From assembly GCA_018400295.1 (NCBI GenBank), contig JAGYMZ010000012.1, positions 1,129-65,128 of the forward strand: 64,000 nucleotides of DNA. Direction: 5' to 3'. The stretch comes from Bacteroidales bacterium. GTDB taxonomy: Bacteria; Bacteroidota; Bacteroidia; Bacteroidales; B18-G4. Under the pieces are notes generated by a model that saw only the letters and a program-made list of their open reading frames with translations, searched no databases and was not told the DNA's origin. Made by a program: the position numbers and the translations under genes. Of this stretch, positions 28,517-39,296 are shown piece after piece (the first letter of the stretch is position 1; every line of letters starts with the position of its first letter).

Positions 28517-30097
28517 TTATTCATATTTGCTTGCAATTTTTCCTGCAACCTTTTTTAGGACATTCTGGGCCTCATCCGTTAGTTTTCCCGATTTGATCAA
28601 ATCCAGGATGTTTTTGTGTTCCTCTTCAAGGGTGTGCAAATACTCTTCCTGAAAATCCTGAATTTTTTTGATCGGCACTTTTTTCAACAGGTTGTGGGTG
28701 CCACAGAAGATTATGGCGACTTGTTGTTCCACCACCATGGGCGAATACTGAGGTTGTTTCAGGATCTCAACATTTCTCTTGCCCTTCTCGAGAACAGCCA
28801 GCGTGGATGGGTCAAGGTCGGAACCGAACTTTGAAAATGCTTCCAGTTCCCTGAACTGGGCCTGGTCCAGTTTTAATGTTCCGGCGACCTTTTTCATGGA
28901 TTTTATTTGTGCGTTACCGCCCACCCTGGATACGGAAATGCCTACATTAATGGCGGGCCGCACGCCGGCGTTAAACAAGTCGGTTTCCAGGAAGATCTGC
29001 CCATCGGTAATGGAGATCACGTTCGTTGGTATGTATGCAGAGACGTCCCCCGCCTGCGTTTCAATGATGGGAAGGGCGGTCAGGGAACCGCCACCTTTAA
29101 CCTTGTCTTTAATGGATTCGGGCAGGTCATTCATTTTTTGTGCGATCTTATCAGAAGATATGATGCGTGCCGCCCGTTCAAGCAATCTTGAGTGCAGGTA
29201 GAAAACATCTCCCGGATACGCTTCCCTGCCCGGGGGCCGCCGCAGTAGGAGGGACACCTCCCTGTATGCTACGGCCTGCTTGGACAGGTCATCGAAAATA
29301 ACCAATGCCGGTTTCCCCGTATCGCGGAAATATTCTCCTATAGCGGCACCCGCAAAGGGAGCATAAAACTGCATGGCTGCCGGATCCGATGCGGTAGCGG
29401 AGATCACCACGGTATAATCCATGGCACCATTGTCTTCCAGGATTTTAGCAATATTTGCCACAGAAGAACCTTTTTGTCCGATAGCCACATAAATGCAATA
29501 TACCGGTTCACCTTTTTCATAAAACTCTTTCTGTTTGATGATCGTATCTATGGCAATGGCGGTCTTGCCGGTCTGCCGGTCGCCAATGATAAGCTCCCTT
29601 TGCCCCCGGCCGATCGGGATCATGGCATCGATGGCTTTGATCCCGGTTTGCAGGGGTTGATTTACAGGCTGCCGGTAAATTACACCGGGCGCTTTTCTCT
29701 CCAGGGGCATTGTGAATGTTTCGCCCCTGATCTTCCCTTTTCCGTCAATGGGTTCGCCTATGGTGTTGATCACCCTTCCCAGCAAACCTTCCCCCGCTTC
29801 AATCGATGAGATCTTTTTTGTCCTTTTGACCGTAGCTCCCTCGTTGATGCCCGTGGATTTTCCCAGGAGGACCACGCCGACATTATCTTGTTCCAGGTTC
29901 AGGATGATGCCTTTGAGGTCGGTTTTGTCAAATTCAACGAGCTCGCCGGCTTCTGCATTGTTGAGTCCGTATATCCTGGCGATGCCATCACCAATTTGAA
30001 GGACGGTTCCGGTTTCTTCCAGCTCGGCCTGGGTTTTAAATCCTGAAAGTTCCTTACGGAGTATTGCAGATACTTCTGCCGGTTTTATGTCTGCCAT
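28517..30097 (-). CDS. atpA: ATP synthase F1 subunit alpha
   Basis: [31 protein letters not shown]. Confidence 0.98.
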   Translation of the reverse strand: MADIKPAEVSAILRKELSGFKTQAELEETGTVLQIGDGIARIYGLNNAEAGELVEFDKTDLKGIILNLEQDNVGVVLLGKSTGINEGATVKRTKKISSIEAGEGLLGRVINTIGEPIDGKGKIRGETFTMPLERKAPGVIYRQPVNQPLQTGIKAIDAMIPIGRGQRELIIGDRQTGKTAIAIDTIIKQKEFYEKGEPVYCIYVAIGQKGSSVANIAKILEDNGAMDYTVVISATASDPAAMQFYAPFAGAAIGEYFRDTGKPALVIFDDLSKQAVAYREVSLLLRRPPGREAYPGDVFYLHSRLLERAARIISSDKIAQKMNDLPESIKDKVKGGGSLTALPIIETQAGDVSAYIPTNVISITDGQIFLETDLFNAGVRPAINVGISVSRVGGNAQIKSMKKVAGTLKLDQAQFRELEAFSKFGSDLDPSTLAVLEKGKRNVEILKQPQYSPMVVEQQVAIIFCGTHNLLKKVPIKKIQDFQEEYLHTLEEEHKNILDLIKSGKLTDEAQNVLKKVAGKIASKYE

Positions 30098-30115
30098 AGG
30101 ATAAAATGATTATTC

Positions 30116-30676
30116 TTATATTTTTCTTTGATACAGGTTAAATCTGGCCGCTTTCCTATGAAGGCGGTTCAGTTGATTGGCTATGCTTGCATCGTATTGC
30201 CAGTCGCCGTATTTCATGATAAACCCACCGATCAGTTCCTCCCGGATCTTATCGGCCATTTCAATTGTGCTTTTGGTATGGTCTTCAAGCAAACGTATGA
30301 TCCGTTTTTTTGTTTCATCGCCTATTTTATGGGCCGTTTGAAGTTCGACCGTGAGAATGTTCTTAAAATCCTTATAGAGATCAAGGAAAGCTGCTGCAAT
30401 GCCCCCAAGGAATTTTTCCCTTTTTTTGTTTGTGAGGAGCACGATAAACCTCATGGTTAACTCGCTGACCCTATCTTCAAATAAAATCTTAAGTACATTG
30501 CCCTTTTTATGGGACCGGATGATGGGGCTTTTCAGGAATAGTCGCAATTCTTTACTGCCGTCACATGTACTCCTGATCATCTCCATATCCTTCTTCACGG
30601 TTTCCAGTACATCCATTTCCAGGGAAAGACCGAAAAGGGCTTTTGCATATCGTTTGCTCAAGAAGAGGTTCGCCAT
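30116..30676 (-). CDS. atpH: ATP synthase F1 subunit delta
   Basis: RYAKALF, LIGGF, DASI; operon position. Confidence 0.93.
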   Translation of the reverse strand: MANLFLSKRYAKALFGLSLEMDVLETVKKDMEMIRSTCDGSKELRLFLKSPIIRSHKKGNVLKILFEDRVSELTMRFIVLLTNKKREKFLGGIAAAFLDLYKDFKNILTVELQTAHKIGDETKKRIIRLLEDHTKSTIEMADKIREELIGGFIMKYGDWQYDASIANQLNRLHRKAARFNLYQRKI

Positions 30677-30677
30677 G

Positions 30678-31172
30678 TTAATTTAATTGCGCTTCGTCAA
30701 TGAGTTTATCAATGTATTTTTTTTGCTTCTTAATGTCTGAAAGCTCATCTTTTAAGATCATTTCTGCGATTTCAATGGCCAGGTCTGCCAGTTCATTTTT
30801 CAGATCTGTCATCGCTGCCTTTTTTTCATTTTCTATTCTTTCCTTGGCATTTTCCACGATCCTGTCGGCTTCTTCATTGGCTGCTTCCCTGGCCTTTTCG
30901 ATGATCGAGTCTTTTGTCTTGCGTGCCTGTTTCAGGATGGCATCGTGTTCTTGTTTTGCTTCTTTCATCAACTTCTCGTTGCTGAATTCCATGTCTTTGA
31001 TCTCATCCCTGGCTTTGTCTGCTGCCTTTAGCGATTCGTCAATAAATGTCTCCCTTTCTTTCAGGGCCTTCATAATTGGTTTCCAAGCGAATTTTCCAAG
31101 AATGATGATCAGGATGGCGAAAACCAACGTCATCCAAAAAATCAGGCCTATTCCGGGGTTTACAAGTTCCAT
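30678..31172 (-). CDS. atpF: ATP synthase F0 subunit b
   Basis: N-terminal TM helix (GLIFW...KFAWKPI) followed by coiled coil. Confidence 0.94.
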   Translation of the reverse strand: MELVNPGIGLIFWMTLVFAILIIILGKFAWKPIMKALKERETFIDESLKAADKARDEIKDMEFSNEKLMKEAKQEHDAILKQARKTKDSIIEKAREAANEEADRIVENAKERIENEKKAAMTDLKNELADLAIEIAEMILKDELSDIKKQKKYIDKLIDEAQLN

Positions 31173-31195
31173 AGGTCAAAAAATTTCACAATGAA

Positions 31196-31230
31196 ATCGT
31201 GCTTGCGGGCCAACCGCCCGTAAGCACGAT
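31196..31230 (-). other. Stable stem-loop between atpE and atpF
   Basis: ATCGTGCTTGCGGGC-CAACC-GCCCGTAAGCACGAT, 15-bp stem with one mismatch. Confidence 0.7.
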
Positions 31231-31242
31231 AATCGGATTGTT

Positions 31243-31512
<270 letters not shown>

Positions 31513-31535
31513 TTATTAATGATTATAAACAAAGA

Positions 31536-32714
31536 CTAATGTTCTTCTACGGTCATTCCAAAATAAAGGGCCGACAATAATGTGAAAACGTATGCCTGTA
31601 TGAATGCTACCAACAATTCGATCAGGGTCATGAATAATGAAAAAAGAACCGAAACTATTGAAACCCCATAGCCATAGGTCACATCCAAATTGCCGAAAAT
31701 AAAGATCAAACTGATGAAACCAAGAATGATGATATGTCCTGCCGTGATGTTTGCAAAAAGACGGACCATCAGTACAAAAGGTTTTGTAAAAAGCCCAATG
31801 ATCTCAATGACCGGCATCAGGGGCACCGGTACTTTCAACCACCAGGGTACGCCCGGTGTATTGAAAATATGTTTCCAGTATTCTTTATTCCCGCTGAAGG
31901 AAATGATCAAAAAAGTGAAAAATGCCATCACGCCGGTTACAGCAATATTTCCTGTAACATTGGCACCTCCTGGGAAAAAGGGTACAAGTCCAAGCAGGTT
32001 GTTAAAAAAGATGAAAAAGAAAAGGGTCAGAAGATAGGGCATGTACTTCATGTACTTTTCTTCACCAATGGATGATTTGGCAATGTCATCACGGACAAAC
32101 AGTATCAAAGGCTCTAACAGGGATTGCACCCCTTTGGGCGCCTCATATTTTCTCCGCTGATACCTCCTTGCGATGCCAATAAACAATATGCTTAAAAGAA
32201 TGCTGCTGATAATGATGGCAGTTGCATTCTTGGTGATGGATAAGTCGACCGGCAGTTCGTCACTTTTCTTTTCTACAATGGCCTCACTGTCGATCATGTC
32301 ACTTTCCAGAGTACGTATGATCCTGCCTTTATGGTCTCCTTCCGTTTCAAGCTTAAAGCCATTGTAACTTGCATGCCCGTGTTGGAATCTGCTTGACCAG
32401 AATGCGTGCAGACGTCCTTCATGAAGAAGTATGATCGGAAGCGGGATGCTCACGTGGTGTTTTTCCCCTTCCGAATCTTTATAATCCAGGATATGCCATT
32501 CATGCGAATCTATAATGTGTTCAATGATCTTTTCACCTGCATTGTATTCTTCTTCCATCACTACTGTTTCCCAAGGTTCCTCATCGCTTTTCTGATGATC
32601 CTGATCCGGAGCGGGAGGATGGTCTGCGGGCTGGAAAAATGACGTGCTTAAAACACCCATGGTTATGAGCACCATTACGAAACCAATCTTTGCGAACAGC
32701 AGCTTAAGTTTCAT
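31536..32714 (-). CDS. atpB: ATP synthase F0 subunit a
   Basis: RLFANITAGH, ELLVAFIQAYVFTLL; Bacteroidota-type N-terminal extension; ATG at 32714. Confidence 0.95.
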   Translation of the reverse strand: MKLKLLFAKIGFVMVLITMGVLSTSFFQPADHPPAPDQDHQKSDEEPWETVVMEEEYNAGEKIIEHIIDSHEWHILDYKDSEGEKHHVSIPLPIILLHEGRLHAFWSSRFQHGHASYNGFKLETEGDHKGRIIRTLESDMIDSEAIVEKKSDELPVDLSITKNATAIIISSILLSILFIGIARRYQRRKYEAPKGVQSLLEPLILFVRDDIAKSSIGEEKYMKYMPYLLTLFFFIFFNNLLGLVPFFPGGANVTGNIAVTGVMAFFTFLIISFSGNKEYWKHIFNTPGVPWWLKVPVPLMPVIEIIGLFTKPFVLMVRLFANITAGHIIILGFISLIFIFGNLDVTYGYGVSIVSVLFSLFMTLIELLVAFIQAYVFTLLSALYFGMTVEEH

Positions 32715-32941
32715 ATTCAAAAATCTGTATACATCACGGATCAGGCTGCAAGTTTACAAATATTTAGGCAATTTATAAAACCATTTCTAAATAACTTGTT
32801 ATGTCAGCCTGTTGAGCCGGGGTATCGGGATCGGGAAAAATATTTTGCCCGTATCTCTTGTTTCCTGCGAAAATAAATATTAATTTAATGCGATAGAAAA
32901 TCAGAAAATAGATTGTTGAAAAAACCATCAAAACAGGAATT

Positions 32942-33454
32942 ATGAAAACGATGCTTCTTCTTTCCGGTGTAGCGGTGCTGGTGTTTTTAAATTTTTGCAA
33001 TCCCCCGGGACCAGCCACGGACCTGGATGAGGAATTTTCCGGGATCCGCACCGTGCTGGAAAAATATGAAATAGCCAATGAAGACGAGGACTTTAGCATC
33101 ATCGAAGAAATATGGGCCGACGATGATGCAATTATCCTCATCGGTACCGAAAGAGATGAAAAACTTGTGGGATGGGAAGAAATTCGAAAGGCCGTCCGCA
33201 ATCAGCACCGCAATTTCGAAAACACGCTTATTTCCATTACAGAGCAGATGATCAACATAAATGAAACGGCCAACACCGCCTGGTTTTCCGAAGAGCTGAG
33301 CTATAATTTTATTTATGAAGGGGAGGCCATGAGCTATGAAGGTATCCGGTTCACGGGTGTCCTGGAAAAAATCGATGGGAAATGGAAACTGGTACAGGGA
33401 CATCTTTCAATGCCCGCCGAAACAAAAATGTCGAAGGAAATGACGAATAATTGA
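32942..33454 (+). CDS. NTF2/SnoaL-like family secreted protein
   Basis: Signal peptide; IGT..DE...GW; RFTGVLEK.DGKWKLVQGHLS. Confidence 0.8.
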   Translation: MKTMLLLSGVAVLVFLNFCNPPGPATDLDEEFSGIRTVLEKYEIANEDEDFSIIEEIWADDDAIILIGTERDEKLVGWEEIRKAVRNQHRNFENTLISITEQMININETANTAWFSEELSYNFIYEGEAMSYEGIRFTGVLEKIDGKWKLVQGHLSMPAETKMSKEMTNN

Positions 33455-33463
33455 GTGTACGGG

Positions 33464-34489
33464 TTATTCAACGGCTGAAGTGAATTGCTTCAGAAAGCGC
33501 AGGTCATTTTCAAAATAGAGGCGGATGTCTTTTATCTGGAATAAGGTCATGGCCGTGCGCTCAATCCCGATGCCAAAAGCGTATCCCGAGTATACGGAGC
33601 TGTCAATACCACATTTGTCCAGCACATTGGGATCTACCATTCCACATCCCAAAATTTCAAGCCAACCGGTGAATTTACACACATTACAACCTTTTCCATG
33701 ACAAATTTTGCAGGTGACATCCATTTCTGCCGAGGGTTCTGTGAACGGGAAATAGGAAGGACGGAACCTTACCTGTGTATTGGGCCCCAGAAACTCACGG
33801 GCAAAATAATACAATGTCTGCTTGAGGTCGGCAAAGGATACATCCCTGTCAATGTATAAGCCCTCTATTTGGTGAAATATGCAATGTGATCTGGCGGATA
33901 TGGCTTCGTTCCGGAAAACCCGCCCGGGTGATATTGTGCGGATCGGGGGGCTGGAATTTTTCATTACCCTGACCTGGACGGATGAAGTATGCGTGCGAAG
34001 CAAGACATCAGGATCCTTTTCCAGGAAAAATGTATCCTGCATATCCCTTGCCGGATGTTCTTCCGGGAAGTTCAATGCCGTAAAATTGTGCCAGTCGTCT
34101 TCTATTTCCGGGCCCTCTGACACGGTAAACCCAATCCTGGAAAAAATATTGATAATGCGGTTATTGACCAGGGAAATGGGATGCCTCGAACCAAGTTGTA
34201 TTTCTTCGGCCGGTCTTGTGAGATCAACAAAACCAATGTTGGTGGATTCCCGGGTTTGAAGGGTGGAGGCCAAGTGGTCAAATTTTTCGTGTGCCAGCTT
34301 TTTAAGGGCATTCAAGGATTTTCCGAGTTCCCTCCGTTGCTCCGGCGGCACATCCCTGAACGCTTTGAATAATTCCTGTATTTCTCCTTTTTTGCTTAAG
34401 TATTTAAGCCGGAATTGTTCAAGTTCTTCCTTTCCGGAGGCAACAAAGGATTCTATTTCACTGGTGATTTTTTGTATCCTGTCGTTCAT
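33464..34489 (-). CDS. pheS: Phenylalanine--tRNA ligase alpha subunit
   Basis: HPARDMQDTF, LRTHTS, RPSYFPFTEPS, GWLEILGCG, AFGIGIER. Confidence 0.97.
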   Translation of the reverse strand: MNDRIQKITSEIESFVASGKEELEQFRLKYLSKKGEIQELFKAFRDVPPEQRRELGKSLNALKKLAHEKFDHLASTLQTRESTNIGFVDLTRPAEEIQLGSRHPISLVNNRIINIFSRIGFTVSEGPEIEDDWHNFTALNFPEEHPARDMQDTFFLEKDPDVLLRTHTSSVQVRVMKNSSPPIRTISPGRVFRNEAISARSHCIFHQIEGLYIDRDVSFADLKQTLYYFAREFLGPNTQVRFRPSYFPFTEPSAEMDVTCKICHGKGCNVCKFTGWLEILGCGMVDPNVLDKCGIDSSVYSGYAFGIGIERTAMTLFQIKDIRLYFENDLRFLKQFTSAVE

Positions 34490-34491
34490 GA

Positions 34492-35118
34492 TCAATATTC
34501 AACAAGTTCGATATCAATGATCACCGGATTAATGGGTTGCGTGCCTTCACATGGCACCGCCGCGATCTTATCCACCACGTTCATGCCCCGGGTTATTTCC
34601 CCGAAAACGGTATATGTTTCATCAAGATGGGGAGCTCCCCCAAGTCCGCGGTAAGTGTGACGCTGCTCTTCAGAAAAAGTGATGTCAAACCGTTCTTCTA
34701 TGGCATCCAACTCATCATCCTTAAAACGCCTGCCCTGTATAATATAAAACTGGCAACCGGAAGATTTTCTCTCTGGGTTTACATCATCACCGGTCCTTGC
34801 TGCCCCTAAGGCCCCTCTCTTATGATAATGATTGCTTTTTATTTCTGCCGGGATCAGATATCCGGGATCCATCTGCCCGTCCTTGTTTGCGCCGCCCTGG
34901 ATCATAAAACCATTGATGACACGGTGAAACCGGGAACTGTTGTACCAGCCCTCCCCAACCAGCTTAATAAAATTATCTCTGTGAAGGGGCGTGTCGTTAT
35001 ACAATTTCCCGATGATGTTGCCTAATTTGGTTTTAATGACGAAATGAGTGGTTTTGGTTTGGGAGAATGTGCTTACTGAAAACAAAACCATAAATGCAAA
35101 AACAATGAATTTTTTCAT
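34492..35118 (-). CDS. Cyclophilin-type peptidylprolyl isomerase
   Basis: TPLHRDNF, FHRVINGFMIQGG, SSGCQFYI, PHLD..YTVFG. Confidence 0.92.
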   Translation of the reverse strand: MKKFIVFAFMVLFSVSTFSQTKTTHFVIKTKLGNIIGKLYNDTPLHRDNFIKLVGEGWYNSSRFHRVINGFMIQGGANKDGQMDPGYLIPAEIKSNHYHKRGALGAARTGDDVNPERKSSGCQFYIIQGRRFKDDELDAIEERFDITFSEEQRHTYRGLGGAPHLDETYTVFGEITRGMNVVDKIAAVPCEGTQPINPVIIDIELVEY

Positions 35119-35185
35119 ATGCAGTATTTTTTATATATTGGAACCGTTTTGCAATAATAATAAATTCAACGCAGTTAGGGATACA

Positions 35186-35779
35186 TTATGATGTTGCCCT
35201 CCTGGTTTTCTTCATTTTCTCAAGAAAATGCTTTCGGCACAGGGGTTCATAATGATCCTTTTCCCCGAGTTTAATGAGGCTTTCTCCTTCTGCCTTTCTG
35301 TGTGAGTAATTGGCCAGTTCTCCGCATTCAATGCAGATGGCATGTACCTTGGTCACAAATTCGGCTGTGGAAAGAAGTCTGGGTATCGGCCCAAAGGGAT
35401 TCCCCTGATAGTCCATGTCGAGGCCGGCAACTATAACGCGCAAACCATTGTTAGCCAATCTATTACAAATATTTATCAGGTCTTCATCAAAAAATTGCGC
35501 CTCATCAATTCCCAATACTTCAATGCCTTCTGCATAATCCAGGATCTCATGGGAATTGGCAACAGGCATGGAGTGTATCGAAGAGTCATCGTGAGAAACG
35601 ATGTTAACCCGGTCGTAACGGTCATCAATAATGGGCTTAAAGATCTCTACCCGCTGTTTTGCTATCCTGGCCCTTTTCAAACGGCGAATAAGCTCTTCTG
35701 TTTTTCCCGAGAACATTGAACCGCAAATCACTTCAATCCATCCGGTTCGGCTATGGTTTTTTGACTTTTCCAGGAACAT
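35186..35779 (-). CDS. tdk: Thymidine kinase
   Basis: [28 protein letters not shown], CxxC zinc sites. Confidence 0.96.
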   Translation of the reverse strand: MFLEKSKNHSRTGWIEVICGSMFSGKTEELIRRLKRARIAKQRVEIFKPIIDDRYDRVNIVSHDDSSIHSMPVANSHEILDYAEGIEVLGIDEAQFFDEDLINICNRLANNGLRVIVAGLDMDYQGNPFGPIPRLLSTAEFVTKVHAICIECGELANYSHRKAEGESLIKLGEKDHYEPLCRKHFLEKMKKTRRATS

Positions 35780-35964
35780 ATGCTAATTATAAAGTCAATG
35801 TTTTATATCTTTAACGATCCTAAATCCGCTGGCAAAAGATGAAATCACGCTTTTCAGCGGGTATGGGAATATGTAAGATCTGCGTTTATTCGGTATACAG
35901 GATTCAATATAAATACAAAATTACGAATTCTATCGTTTGATGATGTAAAGAGCAAAACATTATT

Positions 35965-36687
35965 ATGGAAAGAAAATTGTTGGAATTACAGATTGAACAT
36001 CTTTTGCAGAACATTAAGTTCCGGATGGACACGATCCGCAGGCAGGATGATCATATTCCCAGGTTGGATCTGGACGGGTTAAAGGATAAGGTCAGAGAAC
36101 TGTATGATCAGGTGCTGATGCTGGAGATATACTCCTCCGGCCGAATTAAAAAGGTGTCCGGACTGTACGACAGTTCGGGTAAGGAAGAGAAAAACCGTCT
36201 TTCGGCCGGCGACCGGTCCACAAATATTCCTGATAGCACAACCGAAAGATCTGATGGAGATGAACGTTCTGGGCGGAAAACTCCCTCTTCCGGTGTGCAA
36301 CCCCGGGTTGAGAAAGAACCCCACGTGAAAACCAACGGGAAAAAGACCCCATCAAAAAGAAACATTGATGATATCCAGGAGAAAAAGAAAACCCTGGCCG
36401 ATAAATATCTGAAGGAGGATGACAGGTCGGTTGCGGCCAAAATAAAGAGAAACCCCATTGATGATATGAAACTGGCCATTGGTGTGAATGATAAATTCTT
36501 ACTCATTAAGGAATTGTTTGGAGGGAACATTCAGGAGTACACCGAAGCCATCGATCAATTGAATTCATTTCAAACCTTTGAGGAGGCTGCCGCCTGTTTG
36601 AAAAGCCTGGCTGCCCGGTATGAATGGAAAGACGATTCGGAACACTATATCAGGTTGTCGGAAATTGTTGAAAGGAAATATCTGTAA
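35965..36687 (+). CDS. Conserved Bacteroidota hypothetical protein
   Basis: 240-aa ORF; low-complexity linker; C-terminal AIGVNDKFLLIKELF motif. Confidence 0.75.
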   Translation: MERKLLELQIEHLLQNIKFRMDTIRRQDDHIPRLDLDGLKDKVRELYDQVLMLEIYSSGRIKKVSGLYDSSGKEEKNRLSAGDRSTNIPDSTTERSDGDERSGRKTPSSGVQPRVEKEPHVKTNGKKTPSKRNIDDIQEKKKTLADKYLKEDDRSVAAKIKRNPIDDMKLAIGVNDKFLLIKELFGGNIQEYTEAIDQLNSFQTFEEAAACLKSLAARYEWKDDSEHYIRLSEIVERKYL

Positions 36688-36689
36688 CC

Positions 36690-37961
36690 ATGCGTGCCTG
36701 GATTTTTGTTTTGTTTGCATTTCTGGGAAGCACTGGTTGGAGCCAGGATATTACATACGCCCGTGATATCCTGGATAAATTGACTTCTCCGGGAATGCAC
36801 GGGAGAGGATACTATAAGAAAGGGGATAAAAAGGCTGCGCGGTTCATCAAAAGGGAATTTCGTAAAAATGGAATACATGCCTTTGAAGGGAACTATTTTC
36901 AGAAGTTTGATCTTCCGATCAATACCATCCGGGGAAGGGTGGAACTTACCATAAATAACCGTAAACTGGATCCGGGACAGGACTTTCTTATTGCTGCCTT
37001 TTCCCCGGGTATGCACAGGACATTTACTCCTTTGTGGCTGACCGGCGATTCTTTGGATGCAGCCAGTGCGGAGCATTTGCATGAAAAATATGACCTTTCC
37101 GAAAGGATCATCATTACCGGTTCGCATCACAAAAAACTTACCCGCGGCAATTATTTGAATGCGCATGCCATCATCCTGAAAGACGAGGAGGAACCATTGT
37201 GGTGGCATGTTTCTAACGGGCGTGAACAAGCAGACCATGTTGTGATCGACCTGAAAAAGGATGCCCTCCCTGAAGGCGGCGTGGAGTCCGTTGAAGTTCG
37301 GTATAGAAGCCGGTACATAGAGAAATACAGGACACAAAATGTGATCGGTTTTATAAAAGGGCATGCTGAACCCGACAGTTTTCTCGTATTTACAGCGCAT
37401 TATGATCATCTGGGAAGAATGGGCAAGGAAACGTATTTTCCGGGTGCCAACGACAATGCCAGCGGAACTGCTATGGTCATGGACCTGGCACGGTTTTTCG
37501 GCGAGCCCGGGAATGCTCCCGCTTATTCGGTTGCTTTTATGCTTTTTGCAGGGGAGGAAGCCGGCTTGGAGGGTTCCCGGTATTGTGCCGATAACCCGCC
37601 ATTTCCTCTGTCCCGTATTAAGTTCCTGATCAATCTGGACATGATAGGCACCGGGAGTGAAGGCATAACCGTTGTTAACGGAACGGTTTTTAAAAAGGCA
37701 TTCGGATGCCTGCAACGGATCAACAAAGATAAAGGATACCTTGCGGAGGTGAAAGTCCGTGACGAATCCTGCAACAGCGACCATTGCCCTTTTTACCAAA
37801 AAGGCGTCCCTTCCGTATTTATCTATACCCGTGGAAAGGAGTATTCTGAATACCACACCATAACAGATATGGCAGAGGATCTGCCCCTGACCGGATATGA
37901 AGATCTGTTCGGGCTGCTGGTCGATTTCGTACATTCATTTGCCGAAGGCCGAAAAAAATAA
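36690..37961 (+). CDS. M28 family metallopeptidase
   Basis: AHYDHLG, GANDNASG, GEEAGL, NLDMIG, SDH, YH motifs; signal peptide. Confidence 0.9.
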   Translation: MRAWIFVLFAFLGSTGWSQDITYARDILDKLTSPGMHGRGYYKKGDKKAARFIKREFRKNGIHAFEGNYFQKFDLPINTIRGRVELTINNRKLDPGQDFLIAAFSPGMHRTFTPLWLTGDSLDAASAEHLHEKYDLSERIIITGSHHKKLTRGNYLNAHAIILKDEEEPLWWHVSNGREQADHVVIDLKKDALPEGGVESVEVRYRSRYIEKYRTQNVIGFIKGHAEPDSFLVFTAHYDHLGRMGKETYFPGANDNASGTAMVMDLARFFGEPGNAPAYSVAFMLFAGEEAGLEGSRYCADNPPFPLSRIKFLINLDMIGTGSEGITVVNGTVFKKAFGCLQRINKDKGYLAEVKVRDESCNSDHCPFYQKGVPSVFIYTRGKEYSEYHTITDMAEDLPLTGYEDLFGLLVDFVHSFAEGRKK

Positions 37962-37965
37962 ACCC

Positions 37966-38637
37966 ATGGCAAAATTATATTTGGTGCCAACTCCAATCGG
38001 CAATCTGGAGGACCTTACCTTCCGGGCTAAACGTATCCTGGGAGAAGTTGACCTGATCCTTGCCGAAGATACCCGTAAATCCGGGATATTATTGAAGGAA
38101 TACGGTATCCATACAAGCATGACCCCCTATCATCAGCATAATGAACACAGGGTACTGGGCAGAATGATGCAAATGCTGCTGGATGACAGGGAGCTGGCCC
38201 TGGTTACGGATGCCGGGACCCCAGGAATATCGGATCCTGGATATTTGCTGCTGAGAGAATGCATACGGGAAAATATACCCGTCGAATCCCTTCCCGGACC
38301 GTCGGCTTTTCTTCCTGCACTTGTGCAGTCAGGACTGCCATGCGACAGGTTTTTCTTCGAAGGATTCCTTCCGCCAAAAAAAGGGCGCAGGAAAAGATTG
38401 TCCGAACTGAGCCTGCTTAAACATACGATTATCCTGTACGAATCGCCCCATAGATTATTGAAAACACTGGAACAATTGGCAGCGCATTTTGGTCCCGGCC
38501 GGCAGGCTTCTGTATCACGGGAGCTCACTAAAATTCATGAGGAAACTGTACGGGGGAACCTCGAAGAGATTACCGGTCATTTCCTTTCCCGGGGTGTAAA
38601 GGGGGAATGCGTGATCATTATATCCGGGAATGACTGA
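37966..38637 (+). CDS. rsmI: 16S rRNA (cytidine(1402)-2'-O)-methyltransferase
   Basis: LYLVPTPIGNLED, AEDTR, DAGTPGISDPG, YESPHRL, RELTK.HEE; ATG at 37966. Confidence 0.95.
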   Translation: MAKLYLVPTPIGNLEDLTFRAKRILGEVDLILAEDTRKSGILLKEYGIHTSMTPYHQHNEHRVLGRMMQMLLDDRELALVTDAGTPGISDPGYLLLRECIRENIPVESLPGPSAFLPALVQSGLPCDRFFFEGFLPPKKGRRKRLSELSLLKHTIILYESPHRLLKTLEQLAAHFGPGRQASVSRELTKIHEETVRGNLEEITGHFLSRGVKGECVIIISGND

Positions 38638-38658
38638 CATTTAAATATTGGGTGCATG

Positions 38659-38690
38659 AAAAGCCCTGACAAATTTCAGGGCTTTTTTAT
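38659..38690 (+). terminator. Intrinsic terminator after rsmI
   Basis: AAAAGCCCTGA-CAAATT-TCAGGGCTTTTTT. Confidence 0.8.
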
Positions 38691-38758
38691 TCCTACCGAG
38701 CTTTTGCATGACCGGTTTTGCTGTTCGATATTGCTATATTTGTGCATAAAAGGAAGGT

Positions 38759-39199
38759 ATGCCTTATACTTATAAGTATCCAAGACCTGCATTAACGGTT
38801 GATTGCCTGATCTTTTCAGGCAATCAGGGAGCATATTCCGTGTTGCTCATTAAAAGAGGAACCCCACCGTTCCAGGGTATGTGGGCCTTGCCCGGCGGAT
38901 TTGTTGATATTGAGGAAACCCTGGTGGAGTCGGCATCCAGGGAACTGAAAGAAGAAACGGGCCTGGATAACATCACATTGCATCAGTTGTATACATTTGA
39001 TGCCCCAGACCGTGATCCCCGTCACAGGACCATATCGGTGGCCTTTTATGGATTTGTGAGAAAGGAGGAGGTCAGGGATATTGCCGGTGATGACGCTGAC
39101 GATACCCGGTGGTTCTCACTGGAGGACCTGCCTGAACTGGCCTTTGATCACGAACATGTAATACACACTGCAATGGAGAAGCTCCCGGGTTTGAAATGA
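38759..39199 (+). CDS. NUDIX hydrolase
   Basis: Nudix box GGFVDIEETLVESASRELKEETGL; RDPR, LAFDH; TATATTTG element at 38735-38742. Confidence 0.9.
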   Translation: MPYTYKYPRPALTVDCLIFSGNQGAYSVLLIKRGTPPFQGMWALPGGFVDIEETLVESASRELKEETGLDNITLHQLYTFDAPDRDPRHRTISVAFYGFVRKEEVRDIAGDDADDTRWFSLEDLPELAFDHEHVIHTAMEKLPGLK

Positions 39200-39296
39200 A
39201 AATTCCCGGTACCGTTTGTGTCAGGTTTCCAGGCGCGGACGTATTCTTAATCGACTAAATTGCTATTTTTGAAAAAAATTCACTGCGTAAACCAGT

